Below are positions 47,395-57,937 of a DNA stretch of 64,000 bases, piece by piece. This DNA is from Endomicrobiia bacterium (lineage in GTDB: Bacteria; Elusimicrobiota; Endomicrobiia; DTEH01). Each line of letters starts with the position of its first letter. Position 1 is the first letter of the stretch. The position numbers were made by a program, and so were the translations under genes. The notes beneath the pieces are model-generated. The model was not told the DNA's origin, did not search any database, and saw only the letters and a program-made list of their open reading frames with translations. The stretch is from NCBI GenBank assembly GCA_039630545.1, contig JBCNUU010000005.1, forward strand, positions 1 to 64,000, in the 5' to 3' direction.

Positions 47395-47925
47395 TTATAA
47401 TGAATCTAAAAACTTACAATAAATTTGATAATCTTTGTAATCAAACAAAACAAATCTAACAATTTTAATGCTATTTAATTCTTTTGAAATAGATTTTATA
47501 GTGTCAAATACAACTTTTGTTGCTTCCTCTATAGGATATCCAAATGCTCCTGTGGAGATAGCAGGAAATGCAATAGAGGTTATTTTATTTTTTTCAGCAA
47601 CTTTTAAGACATTAATGTAACATTTTGCTAAAAGTTTATCCTCCGGTTTATCAATACCATATCTAGGACCTAGACAATGGATAATATATTTATTTGGTAA
47701 GTTATAAGCTTTGGTAATAACTGCTTCAGTGGGTTTTATTGGAGCATATTTTTTAGTTTCTTTTTCAAGTTCACTTCCAGCAGCTCGATGTATTGCACCA
47801 GCTACTCCTCCACCGGGTTTAAGCCATGCGTTTGCAGCATTTACAATTGCTTCAATATCAGGTTGTTTTGTAATGTCACCTTGGACACATTGGATTTTTA
47901 TTTTTTCTATTTGTTTTTCTTTCAT
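47395..47925 (-). CDS. Macro domain protein (YmdB-like ADP-ribose hydrolase)
   Basis: GDIT, AIVNAAN..L.PGGGVAGAIHRAAG and SIAFPAISTGAFGYP motifs. Confidence 0.93.
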   Translation of the reverse strand: MKEKQIEKIKIQCVQGDITKQPDIEAIVNAANAWLKPGGGVAGAIHRAAGSELEKETKKYAPIKPTEAVITKAYNLPNKYIIHCLGPRYGIDKPEDKLLAKCYINVLKVAEKNKITSIAFPAISTGAFGYPIEEATKVVFDTIKSISKELNSIKIVRFVLFDYKDYQIYCKFLDSL

Positions 47926-48484
47926 TGTTTTTTGTTGCTAAAATATTTTTGTAAATATTGATAGTATTAAGGTCTTAAAAAATTTAAAATTATTAACATT
48001 ACTCTTTTTAAAATTACAAGTGAATGATAAAATTAGAATAACTCCTATGTCAAAGATAATCCAATCAAAATTATCTTGATTTTTGGTGGCAATCTGTAAT
48101 TAACAACACATATGAGAGGTGTTAACACAAGACTACCCATATTGTGGGTAAAATAAACAGTACATCCCAACTTTACAAATTTTCAGGCCAGTTAATAAAG
48201 AATTTTAATCCTATGTAATAAATTATATCCCATGTCCCAAAGCTAAACAGAAAGTAACAAAATCTTTCAATAAAAGTTTTTCCATATAGTAAACTGATGG
48301 ATATTAAAATTATGATTGTAGAGACTTCTTTTAAAATTTCGATTCTAAATAATTTTGGTAAAATGTTCAAATTTAACGGAAAAAATCCAAAAGGGTAATA
48401 AATTTCTCTTACATAAACTTCAACGGCTGCTTCTAATACTCCCATTGTGACAGCAAATATAAATAGTACAATAAGTTTTTTCAT
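47923..48484 (-). pseudogene. Integral membrane protein pseudogene (ORF 48173-48484 is only its 5' part)
   Basis: Reading continues past the in-frame TAA as WPENL*SWDVLFILPTIWV, then frameshifted SLVLTPLICVV and FDWIIFDIGVILILSF. Confidence 0.7.
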
Positions 48485-49851
48485 TGTTGTTTATTAATTG
48501 GAAATTTTTTGATTTCTTCTAAGGACTTTTTAATTTCGTCTTCAGGATAAGCATAGTCTTCAAGTTTTCCTTCGAAAAATTGATCATATGCAGCAAGATC
48601 AAAATGTCCATGACCACTAAAATTAAACACTATGCATTTTTCTTGTTTTGTTTCTTTACATTTTAAAGCTTCATCAATTGTTGCTTTTATAGCATGTGCG
48701 GTTTCAGGTGCAGGTAAAAATCCTTCTGTTTTTGCGAAAGTTACTGCAGCTTCAAATACTGCTTTTTGAGGATAAGCTACAGCATCGATGAGTTTTTTAT
48801 TTACAAGATAACATAAAATCGGCGCGTCTCCATGATATCTTAATCCTCCTGCATGAATTTTAGGAGGTACAAATTTATGTCCTAAAGTGTACATTTTAAG
48901 AAGTGGAGTAAGTCCTACAGTGTCTCCATAGTCATAAAGATATAACCCTTTTGTAAGTGAAGGACAAGCTGTGGGTTCCACTGCTAAGAATTTAGTGTTA
49001 GTTTTTCCTTTAATTTTATCAGCCACAAAAGGTAAAACAAATCCAGCAAAATTACTTCCACCACCTACACATCCTATCATAATATCTGGCTTTTCGTTAA
49101 TCATCTCAAGTTGTTTTTTTGTTTCGAGTCCTATTATTGTCTGATGAAGTAACACATGGTTTAATACACTTCCTAAGGAATACTTTGTATCTTCATGAGT
49201 AACAGCATCTTCTACGGCCTCTGAAATAGCTATTCCTAAAGAGCCAGGAGAATTCGGGTTCTCAGATAAGACTTTTTTTCCAGAACTAGTAAAGTTTGTA
49301 GGTGAAGAATAAACATCAGCACCCCATGCATGCATTAATGATTTTCTGAATGGTTTTTGTTCATAACTAATTTTTACCATATAGATTGTACATTTTAGAC
49401 CAAAAATATTACAGGCAAATGCTAAAGCAGACCCCCACTGTCCAGCTCCAGTTTCTGTGGTAAGCCTTTTTACTCCTTCTATTTTATTATAGTAGGCTTG
49501 TGCTACTGCTGTGTTAGGTTTATGACTTCCTGCAGGTGATACGCTTTCATTTTTATAATAGATCCTAGCAGGTGTTTTAAGATATTTTTCCAGTTCGTAA
49601 GCACGAACTAAAGGTGTTGGTCTCCACATTTTATATACATTGATGACTTCATCAGGAATTGGGATCCATCTTTCCTGTGAAACTTCTTGCTGAATTAATC
49701 CCATAGGGAAAATAGGAATAAGCTCTTCTAAACTTACAGGTTTTCCTGTTTTGGGATTTATAGGCGGAGGAAGTGGTTCAGGAAGATCAGGTAGTATGTT
49801 ATACCATTCTTTGGGTATGTCTTTTTCTTGTAGGATTATTTTTTTGTCCAT
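48481..49851 (-). CDS. trpB2: TrpB2 (tryptophan synthase beta-like PLP enzyme)
   Basis: [40 protein letters not shown] and SGHG motifs. Start reassigned to 49851 (SD GAAGGAG). Confidence 0.93.
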   Translation of the reverse strand: MDKKIILQEKDIPKEWYNILPDLPEPLPPPINPKTGKPVSLEELIPIFPMGLIQQEVSQERWIPIPDEVINVYKMWRPTPLVRAYELEKYLKTPARIYYKNESVSPAGSHKPNTAVAQAYYNKIEGVKRLTTETGAGQWGSALAFACNIFGLKCTIYMVKISYEQKPFRKSLMHAWGADVYSSPTNFTSSGKKVLSENPNSPGSLGIAISEAVEDAVTHEDTKYSLGSVLNHVLLHQTIIGLETKKQLEMINEKPDIMIGCVGGGSNFAGFVLPFVADKIKGKTNTKFLAVEPTACPSLTKGLYLYDYGDTVGLTPLLKMYTLGHKFVPPKIHAGGLRYHGDAPILCYLVNKKLIDAVAYPQKAVFEAAVTFAKTEGFLPAPETAHAIKATIDEALKCKETKQEKCIVFNFSGHGHFDLAAYDQFFEGKLEDYAYPEDEIKKSLEEIKKFPINKQQ

Positions 49852-49879
49852 AATTATAACTCCTTCTACATAAGTTTTT

Positions 49880-50602
49880 TTAAACAATTTTTTCTAAAAA
49901 TTTTTTTAAATCCGAATAAAAATTTGTGTTGTGTAAATTGTTTAACAAATGAATTCCACTTTCTGAATAATTATATATTATTTCATCTTTGTTAATTATC
50001 CCGTCAACTTTTATGTCAAATTCATTTTTGTTGTTATCAAAGAAGTTTAATAATACTTTAGTCGTAGCAATTTTAAGTTTCAATTTTGGTATCATTTCTA
50101 AAATTTTTTTGGCAGTTTGTATTGAGACTTTCGCAGGATTAATTACAATAATTAATATATCAATATTATCTGTAGTTCTTCTGGAAAAATGTTCCATTCC
50201 AGCTTCCGTATCAATTAATATGTATTTGTAGTTTTTACTTATATTAGAAAGAAAAGTTCTTAATAATTCATTTACGAAACAATAACATTCTTTACCTTCT
50301 GGTCTTCCCATGACAATTAAATCAAACCCTTTTTTTTCTACTATAGCTTCTTGAAGACGCATAGTTATATAATCTGCTTTTGAGATATGTTGAGGAATTT
50401 CTAAACTTCTTAATTCTTCCCTTATGTCAGCAATTGTTAGGTTATACTCTATGCCTAAATTCTCGGCAAGATTGGAGTTTGGGTCAGCATCTACTACTAA
50501 AACAGGTGTAAGGTTTAAATCCAGTAAGTAATTTAAAATTCCACAAGTAATAGTAGTTTTACCTACTCCTCCTTTACCACACACAGCAATTTTTTTATTC
50601 AT
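49880..50602 (-). CDS. acsF: AcsF/CooC2-type nickel-insertion ATPase, intact
   Basis: [16 protein letters not shown], MGRPEGxxCYCxVN and [13 protein letters not shown] motifs. Subtype inferred from the GRPEG..CYC motif. Confidence 0.8.
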   Translation of the reverse strand: MNKKIAVCGKGGVGKTTITCGILNYLLDLNLTPVLVVDADPNSNLAENLGIEYNLTIADIREELRSLEIPQHISKADYITMRLQEAIVEKKGFDLIVMGRPEGKECYCFVNELLRTFLSNISKNYKYILIDTEAGMEHFSRRTTDNIDILIIVINPAKVSIQTAKKILEMIPKLKLKIATTKVLLNFFDNNKNEFDIKVDGIINKDEIIYNYSESGIHLLNNLHNTNFYSDLKKFLEKIV

Positions 50603-51839
50603 TTATTTTTTTATTCTTTATTAAAGAAAAGACTTTATATTGCAATCCAAAAAGATTTATAAAACCCTCTGCATCTTTTTGATCGTAGGCCAAGATGCCT
50701 TTAGAGGATTCATCAAAAGAAGCTAAGTCTAAATTGTATAAAGAATATTTGGATTCTCTAAAACTTACAAAAATGTTACCTTTGTACAGTTTCAAACCAA
50801 TTTTGCCTGTGACATATTTCTGGGTTTCATCTATAAATTTATCCATTGCTTCTCGTTTTGGTGTAAACCATTCTCCATTATATATTAGCCTTGAATATTC
50901 TAAAGCAATATGCTCTTTAAAATGAAAAGTTTCTTTATCCAATACTAAAGATTCTAATTCCCTGTGTGCAAAGTATAGAATTGTTGCTGCAGGTGCTTCA
51001 TATACGCCTCTGGATTTTATACCTACAAGCCTGTTTTCTACTATATCTGTTCTTCCTATTGCATTTCTTCCTCCTATTTTATTTAAAATTTGGATAAGTG
51101 ATACCGCTCCGTCACGTTTCAATGTGAATATTTCTTTATTTTGTGTAATAATTTTTGTAGGAATTCCTTGATTAAATTCTATTTCTAATGATTCTGTTTT
51201 ATCAGGAGCTGAAAAGGCAGAGGTGGTTAACTGGAAGATATTTTCATCTGGTTCATTTTTTAGGTTTTCTAATTTCCCGCCTTCATAGCTTATATGCCAA
51301 AGGTTAGCATCAGAAGAATAAGGTTTTTCTTCTGAAACTTCTATTGGGATGTTATATTTTTTAGCATATTCTATTTCTTCTTTGCGAGAAGAAATTTTCC
51401 ATATTCTCCATGGAGCTATGATTTTTGCTTCTGGATATAAAAACTTAAAAGCCAGTTCAAATCTTACTTGATCATTTCCTTTACCTGTTGCTCCATGTGC
51501 TAAAATTTTAGCATTTTCCTTTTTAGCAACCTCTACTATTTTTTTAGCAATTAAAGGTCTTGCAATAGAAGTACCAAGCAAATATTTACCTTCATATATA
51601 GCATTAGCCTTTAATGCTTTAAATATATAATCTTCTACGAATTCTTTTTTGGCATCAATTATGTATACTTTTTTTGCTCCAATTTTTATAGCTCTTTTTT
51701 TAATTACTTCAAAATTCTCCTGTTGACCTACATCTACCACGCATGCTAAAACATCAGCTTTATACTGGTTTTTTAACCAGTGTAGTATAACAGAAGTATC
51801 CAAACCTCCAGAATATGCGAGTACAATTTTTTGTTTCAT
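50595..51839 (-). CDS. argG: Argininosuccinate synthase
   Basis: AYSGGLDTS, HGATGKGNDQVRFE and ENRLVGIKSRGVYE motifs. Confidence 0.97.
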   Translation of the reverse strand: MKQKIVLAYSGGLDTSVILHWLKNQYKADVLACVVDVGQQENFEVIKKRAIKIGAKKVYIIDAKKEFVEDYIFKALKANAIYEGKYLLGTSIARPLIAKKIVEVAKKENAKILAHGATGKGNDQVRFELAFKFLYPEAKIIAPWRIWKISSRKEEIEYAKKYNIPIEVSEEKPYSSDANLWHISYEGGKLENLKNEPDENIFQLTTSAFSAPDKTESLEIEFNQGIPTKIITQNKEIFTLKRDGAVSLIQILNKIGGRNAIGRTDIVENRLVGIKSRGVYEAPAATILYFAHRELESLVLDKETFHFKEHIALEYSRLIYNGEWFTPKREAMDKFIDETQKYVTGKIGLKLYKGNIFVSFRESKYSLYNLDLASFDESSKGILAYDQKDAEGFINLFGLQYKVFSLIKNKKINE

Positions 51840-51875
51840 AGAATTTCTCCATATTAAATTTTATAAATTAACTAA

Positions 51876-52709
51876 CTATCTGTTTTTATTTTTATAACAT
51901 CTTAACCTATTATTTAAACATAATTTTAACAAGTTAGAAATAACACTTTTTAAATCTTTCCTTTGAACTACAATATCCACAAATCCATGCTCTAATAAAA
52001 ATTCCGCTGATTGGAACCCTTCAGGAAGTTTTTGTTTAATAGTTTGTTCTATTACTCTAGGACCAGCAAAACCTATAAGAGCTTTAGTTTCTGCAATTAT
52101 TATATCTCCCAGCATTGCGAATGAAGCTGTTACTCCGCCTGTTGTGGGATCTGTTAATACAGATATATATGGTAGATTCGTTTTTTTAAACTCTGCACAT
52201 GCTGCAGATGTTTTAGCCATTTGCATTAAAGAAATTACCCCTTCTTGCATTCTAGCGCCTCCGCTGGCTGATACAATTACTATAGGTATCTTAAGTGACT
52301 TTGCTTTTTCAAAACTTAAAGCAATTTTTTCTCCAACTACACTTCCCATGCTTCCTCCAAGAAAATTAAAATCTAACACACTAAGTACAGTTTTAATTCC
52401 ACCAATTTTACAGATTCCACTTATACAAGCTTCCTGCAACTTAGTTTTATTTTTAGATTCTTCTAGTTTTGAGTCGTATTCTGGAAAGTTTAAAATATTT
52501 TCCGAAGAATAATTTTTAAAAAGTTCTTTAAAAGAACCTTTATCAGCTAACATCTCAATTCTTTCATGAGTTGTCATTCTAAAAATATAACCACATTTTT
52601 TGCATATTTTAAAATTTTCATAAAGTTCTTTTTTTATCAAAATAGCATTACACCCTGGACAATTTTCAAAAATTTCTTTTGGTACTTGTAACTGAGGTTT
52701 ATTTTTCAT
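51876..52709 (-). CDS. accD: Acetyl-CoA carboxylase carboxyltransferase beta subunit
   Basis: Zinc finger CxxC/CxxC, GGSMGSVVGEK, SGGARMQEG, PTTGGVTASFA and GFAGPRVI motifs. Confidence 0.96.
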   Translation of the reverse strand: MKNKPQLQVPKEIFENCPGCNAILIKKELYENFKICKKCGYIFRMTTHERIEMLADKGSFKELFKNYSSENILNFPEYDSKLEESKNKTKLQEACISGICKIGGIKTVLSVLDFNFLGGSMGSVVGEKIALSFEKAKSLKIPIVIVSASGGARMQEGVISLMQMAKTSAACAEFKKTNLPYISVLTDPTTGGVTASFAMLGDIIIAETKALIGFAGPRVIEQTIKQKLPEGFQSAEFLLEHGFVDIVVQRKDLKSVISNLLKLCLNNRLRCYKNKNR

Positions 52710-53463
52710 AGTTTCTCTCTTTTTTTAAGATTAAAGTTTTAAGTTGCAAAATTTGAAATTTTGCTCTTTCTACATATTCTGGGTCACCGCTTTTTAGTAG
52801 TTCTTTCCAGATGAATAAAGCTTCTTTATAAAAACCATACTTTTTATATAAATTTGCTAAAATCGCTTTAACCATATGAGGTGCTTTACCTTTTTCTATA
52901 ATTGATTTTAATTCGTCAAGCATTTCTTTATATTTTCCACCTAGTTTATAATAGATTGCCTGTTGATATTTGACTAGCTGCCAGTAGTCACTTTCTGGAT
53001 TATTTTTTTGGAATTCAAGATTTTTTAAACCTTCATTAAGATATTCTAAAGCTTCATCGGGACGTTCTAGATTCCATGCCAACACTCCTGTGCCATAAAA
53101 ATATGCAAAGCTATACAGTGGGTCTAATATGGTTACTCTTCTTACATATTTTAGAAAATCTAAATATTTACCAGGTTGGATTTTAGTAATATGTTCTAAA
53201 AAAGTTTCTTCTTCTGATTCAGGTGGTTTTCCCCCGTAATATTGAAGTAGTTGAATCCATGCTATGTCACTTACAACTTTTCTTAAACCAATTATTATTC
53301 CAACGCTGTCCAATATAAAAAATTTTTCTAAAGGAAGTTTTATTTGAAACATTTTTGGGATATAAGAATAAAAGCTTTTTTTGTAAATCTCATTTAATAA
53401 AAAAGTTGTAAAAATTAAATGAGTTATAAGAACAAACAATATAAATACTTTAGACATTTTCAT
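52699..53463 (-). CDS. Membrane-anchored TPR-like protein (PilG-like)
   Basis: N-terminal TM segment, SDIAWIQLLQYYG, LDP.Y..AY and a helical C-terminus, next to an ABC permease. Confidence 0.55.
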   Translation of the reverse strand: MKMSKVFILFVLITHLIFTTFLLNEIYKKSFYSYIPKMFQIKLPLEKFFILDSVGIIIGLRKVVSDIAWIQLLQYYGGKPPESEEETFLEHITKIQPGKYLDFLKYVRRVTILDPLYSFAYFYGTGVLAWNLERPDEALEYLNEGLKNLEFQKNNPESDYWQLVKYQQAIYYKLGGKYKEMLDELKSIIEKGKAPHMVKAILANLYKKYGFYKEALFIWKELLKSGDPEYVERAKFQILQLKTLILKKERNYEK

Positions 53464-54233
53464 AGATCTTTCTTCTTAAATAAGATACAACTTAACGATA
53501 AACATATGAGTGTATAACTCAGACAGTACAAAATTCCTTTTATTAAATTAAACTTCGATACAAAATCTGGGCTATCAAAGAAATCTTTAATATTAAAATA
53601 TTGAAAATTTGGGATTAAATAATAGGTTATTTTTAAAAATACCTGTAAAAATTTAATTTTAATTTTTCCAACTATAAACATAAACTCAGAAGTAAAATGT
53701 CCTGCAATCCATAAAAGCAAAGATATAATCGCAGCAGATAAGTGAGAAGTTGTAAGTAAAGTAGCCAATAACGCAACAGAAGTTATAAGTGTACTTTTAA
53801 AGAAAATTGTAAAAAGAGTAAGAAAATATTCCTTGTTTATGTTCCATTTTACTATTTTAAGAAATACTATATGGACACAGCACATTATAAAGATGCTTAA
53901 TATTATTACTACTAAAAATCCAATATATCTTCCTAAGATATATTTGTTTCTTGAAATAGGTTTAGAAAGCAAAATATATATATTTTTAGTATCTACTTCT
54001 TGCAAAAATAATCCAACAGAATTTAAAAGTATTAAAATCAAACAAAAAATTTCTATCATAGCAATTCCTGTATTTACAAGAACTCTTTGAGGCTGTTCAA
54101 ATCCGCTTAGTCCTGTAAGAAGAAAACCTATAAAGATAAGAACCATAGAAAACAACACTACTGTTACGTATATTTTTGTTTTAAAATTTTCTTTTACTGA
54201 ATAAAAAATTATATTAAATAAAGAATTCATCAT
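53460..54233 (-). CDS. ABC transporter permease (ABC-2/PilI-like)
   Basis: EVDTKNIY.LLSKPISR..YILGRYIG, LIPNF and FKKKDL terminus. Confidence 0.85.
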   Translation of the reverse strand: MMNSLFNIIFYSVKENFKTKIYVTVVLFSMVLIFIGFLLTGLSGFEQPQRVLVNTGIAMIEIFCLILILLNSVGLFLQEVDTKNIYILLSKPISRNKYILGRYIGFLVVIILSIFIMCCVHIVFLKIVKWNINKEYFLTLFTIFFKSTLITSVALLATLLTTSHLSAAIISLLLWIAGHFTSEFMFIVGKIKIKFLQVFLKITYYLIPNFQYFNIKDFFDSPDFVSKFNLIKGILYCLSYTLICLSLSCILFKKKDL

Positions 54234-54919
54234 TAGTTATTAATTATATATATAATAAATCCTAAAAAATAGGGCATTATTAAATTAATCCAGAAACTTA
54301 CCAAAGAAAGTTTTTTTAACCTTCTGTAAATAAAAAAATTCACAGGAATAAACAAAAAAGATATAAAGATCAAATAATTTGGTAATAAAAATGTTAATAT
54401 AATTAAAAGCCGTAAAAATATATAAATATACTTATTTTGGAAATTTTTGTAAGCAATCTCTTCTTTACAAAATAAAGTATCAAAATAAAAAAGTATTACA
54501 CTTAACACATGAGTACCAACTATTAAAATACATAAAATTATCACCCATTTTTCAAAGCTAAGTTCTCTATAAGGTGAAAAGATATATAAAAATGTTATAT
54601 GGATAAATTGGTCCCAGATAAAAAATAAAAGATTATCCTGTATATGATAATTTCTTACAGTGTATGCGCGATATTCATCTTCTATAATATGTAAAATAAA
54701 TAAAATTATTAAACATACAAAACCACTAAGTTGAAAAGGATAATCAAACCAGATTTTATTAATGTCTTCCCATGTAAGAATTAATCCCAGAATAAAAAAT
54801 ATAAAAGAATGTACTATTACTCCTGTAAAGTTTTTCCTTTTCCACTTTGCTATAAAATTTGTTTGTAATGTAAAATCTGTCAGCAGATGTGCTAATAATA
54901 ATCTGAAGAATATTTTCAT
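54233..54919 (-). CDS. DUF3307-like membrane protein
   Basis: LLAHLLTDFTLQ, H, HIIED and WDQFIH motifs. Confidence 0.75.
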   Translation of the reverse strand: MKIFFRLLLAHLLTDFTLQTNFIAKWKRKNFTGVIVHSFIFFILGLILTWEDINKIWFDYPFQLSGFVCLIILFILHIIEDEYRAYTVRNYHIQDNLLFFIWDQFIHITFLYIFSPYRELSFEKWVIILCILIVGTHVLSVILFYFDTLFCKEEIAYKNFQNKYIYIFLRLLIILTFLLPNYLIFISFLFIPVNFFIYRRLKKLSLVSFWINLIMPYFLGFIIYIINN

Positions 54920-54965
54920 AAATTAAAATAGTATAAAATTATTTATGTCAAATCAACGATTTTTG

Positions 54966-56786
54966 TTAATAATAAGTAAAATCTCCAACTTTATATATTC
55001 CTATTTCCTGTTGTTTACCGCGAAGGAGTATCTTGCCTAAAAATTTTGTAGGTATTCTATTGTTTAGTTTTCTGTTTACACTTTCAGAAATTATTATAGG
55101 AGAATTAAATTCTTTTGTTAAACTTTGTAGTCTAGAGGCTGTGTTTACTGTATCTCCTACAGCAGTATAATTCATAAGGTGTATTGAACCGATATTTCCT
55201 ACTATAGCTTCTCCTGTATTTATTCCTGCTCCTATTTTTATTTTGAAACCTTTTAAAATAGTTTCCGATTCATTAAGTCTCTCCAATTCATAAATCATTT
55301 CCATTACACATTTTACTGCTAAATATGCATGATCTGGTTGATTAAGAGGAGCATTCCAGAAACACATTATGCAGTCACCTATATATTTATCTATAGTACC
55401 ATTGTATTTAAAGATAATGTTATTCATTACCTGAAAATATCTATTTAAAAAAGTAACTATTTCTTCCGCTGGTAGTTTTTCTGAGATACTGGTGAATGCC
55501 CTAATGTCAGTAAAAACAACTGTAATTTCTTTTTTTTCTCCACCCAATCCACTTAAACTTCCTGTGGGATTTTTTAGTAGTTCCTCCATTACATATGGAT
55601 TAATATATTTTGAAAATGTCTTCTTTATTATTTTTTTTTCTTTTTGCTCAAAAATTAATTTATGTAAGATACAACTAAAACCAGCTAATATAGCGGAAGC
55701 GCTATAAGGTACAAATTCTAAAATATAGAAATGTTTTATAAAGAGATAATAGGTAATCAAATAATATCCTGAAGTATATAGAAAAATAAAAAGTACTATC
55801 AAGACTGGACTGATATTATAAAAAAATATACTTAAAAGAATAGTTGTAAATGTAATAAACAATATGTTATGTATCTTATCAAATTTCTTTCTAAGATATG
55901 TTTTAAAAAGTAAATTTTCTATTACTGTAGCGTTTAACTCAACACCTGGATAAGTTTTAATAAATGGTGTTGGGTAATGATCATAACTACCAGTAGCTGT
56001 TGCTCCTATAAGAACTATTTTGTCTTTTATCCATATAGGTGGTATAAGGTTATTATAAATATCTATAAAGGAATAACCTATAAAAGTTGTTTCAATTTTA
56101 TTTTCTTTTTTATTAAAGTATTCGGATGGCCCATAAAAATTTATAAAAATTTTTGAAGGTAAATTACTCAGTAATTTTTCTGAAACTTTTCCTAAAAATT
56201 CCTTAGCTATTATGTAATTAAAAGAGTAGTATGTTTTTTGGTTAAATTGTTTAGTTAAAAATACACTTCTTACAACACCATCTTCATCTGGTTCTATATT
56301 AGTAAAACCAACTTTGCAGACACGGTTAAATAATTCAATAGGTTCAATTATTTTTTCTATCAGTACTTTTTGAATGGTGTTATCCTTTAGTACATTTTCA
56401 TAGAAACTCTCAAAATGTGAAGCAATAACTGAATTTCCTTTTTTTAAAGCATTGTGTAGAGCTAAATCTGAAGATTCATTACTTTTTTCAGGGTATAATA
56501 TATCTAAAGCGACTATCTTCGCTCCACAATTAAATAAATTTTCAACTGCTTTAGCTACAATTTTTCTGTCCCATGGCCATCTGCCTAAATAAGAAAGAGA
56601 ATTTTCATCTATTTTAACAATTATTATATTGTTGGATGGACTTATAGGTCCACGGAGTTTAAATCTTAAATCATAAAATATATTTTCTACAGGTACAAAC
56701 AAATCAAACCAATATAATAAAATTACTAAAAAATTAATAAAAAAGCTCCACGATAACCATCCTATAGTTTTTTTTAAAACAGTCAT
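54966..56786 (-). CDS. CHASE2-domain class III adenylate cyclase
   Basis: IDENSL..LGRWPW.R, DEDGVVR and PGVE motifs, three TM segments, then FTDIRAFT, DKYIGD and YTAVGDTVNTASRL. Confidence 0.93.
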   Translation of the reverse strand: MTVLKKTIGWLSWSFFINFLVILLYWFDLFVPVENIFYDLRFKLRGPISPSNNIIIVKIDENSLSYLGRWPWDRKIVAKAVENLFNCGAKIVALDILYPEKSNESSDLALHNALKKGNSVIASHFESFYENVLKDNTIQKVLIEKIIEPIELFNRVCKVGFTNIEPDEDGVVRSVFLTKQFNQKTYYSFNYIIAKEFLGKVSEKLLSNLPSKIFINFYGPSEYFNKKENKIETTFIGYSFIDIYNNLIPPIWIKDKIVLIGATATGSYDHYPTPFIKTYPGVELNATVIENLLFKTYLRKKFDKIHNILFITFTTILLSIFFYNISPVLIVLFIFLYTSGYYLITYYLFIKHFYILEFVPYSASAILAGFSCILHKLIFEQKEKKIIKKTFSKYINPYVMEELLKNPTGSLSGLGGEKKEITVVFTDIRAFTSISEKLPAEEIVTFLNRYFQVMNNIIFKYNGTIDKYIGDCIMCFWNAPLNQPDHAYLAVKCVMEMIYELERLNESETILKGFKIKIGAGINTGEAIVGNIGSIHLMNYTAVGDTVNTASRLQSLTKEFNSPIIISESVNRKLNNRIPTKFLGKILLRGKQQEIGIYKVGDFTYY

Positions 56787-57937
56787 TTTACAATCTTTGT
56801 TTTGAATACTTCTGTAGTTGTGATATTTCCAGCTATATCTGAAACTTGTATATAGAAGCTGTAATAATCTTTTTTAGTTATCTTTGAAGTAGTAAAACTG
56901 TACAGTCCAAGTAATTTGTTGCCTGCTATAAGTGCCATATAATTTTCTTTTTTAGTTTTCCTTTTATCATCTACTTCTATAAATTTTACTTCATTTATTC
57001 CTCTGTCATCTTCGACCTCTATAAGAATGGTGTTAGTAGAATTATACTTTATAATCGGTTGTTCCTGAAAGATAATTTTTGGTGGGATATCTTTTATTAA
57101 AAATTTTTCAGTTGTTGTTTTTATTTTTTTCTTCAAGTATAAGAAAATTATTTCTATAAAATACTTCCCCGGGGTTATTGAAGGTATTATGTCAAAATTT
57201 ATAGAAATTGCTTGAGTGGTTTGTGGAGATATTTTTAAAGATAAAGTTCTTGATGATACAATAATTTCTTCTTCATTTTTAAAATTCGCTTCTATATTTA
57301 AAGGTAAAGTTTGTAGAGATTTATTTGTTAGTTTTAAAGGAATACTTAGTGTAGAGTTATAATAGTATTGAGGTTTTATCATATGAGAATCTATATGTAT
57401 TTCAAAATTTTGTTCTATTTCTTTTGCAATTTCAGATTTAGTTTTTACATCAATTTTAGGTTCTGGTTTAGGTGATAATTGAGGTTGTATGGTTTCTTTT
57501 TTAGATATAAAAGTTAAAGATGCAGTAGAAATTGAAACTTTAGTTTTTTCCTCAGAAGGGATTTTTATTAATAGTTTCTTATACAATATATTTTTTTTAG
57601 TTATGAGATCTTTGCTTACAAGATATAAATATGTGGATGTTTCATTAAAGAAATTTTTATCTAACTTATATTCAAAAAAATATCTTTGACCTTTTCTTAA
57701 CAGAATTGTATAACTTTCTGGGTAAAAAATTTTTTTATTTTTTTCCTTCCTGAAAGAAAATATTTCATATACTCCATCTTTATAAGAAATAACTTCAATT
57801 GGAATCTTTATGGTTTCTTTTTGAAAAAATTCTAACTTATTAATTTTTATTTTGGCTTTTGGTAGAAGGTAAAATTGGACTAAAAAATAAATTGTTATGC
57901 AAAATATAACTATATATTCAATCTTTAAATATTTCAT
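56783..57937 (-). CDS. Hypothetical membrane-anchored protein with probable Ig-like domains
   Basis: N-terminal TM segment, Pro-rich linker, beta-rich region with D..P.I and DIAGN motifs. Confidence 0.6.
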   Translation of the reverse strand: MKYLKIEYIVIFCITIYFLVQFYLLPKAKIKINKLEFFQKETIKIPIEVISYKDGVYEIFSFRKEKNKKIFYPESYTILLRKGQRYFFEYKLDKNFFNETSTYLYLVSKDLITKKNILYKKLLIKIPSEEKTKVSISTASLTFISKKETIQPQLSPKPEPKIDVKTKSEIAKEIEQNFEIHIDSHMIKPQYYYNSTLSIPLKLTNKSLQTLPLNIEANFKNEEEIIVSSRTLSLKISPQTTQAISINFDIIPSITPGKYFIEIIFLYLKKKIKTTTEKFLIKDIPPKIIFQEQPIIKYNSTNTILIEVEDDRGINEVKFIEVDDKRKTKKENYMALIAGNKLLGLYSFTTSKITKKDYYSFYIQVSDIAGNITTTEVFKTKIVK

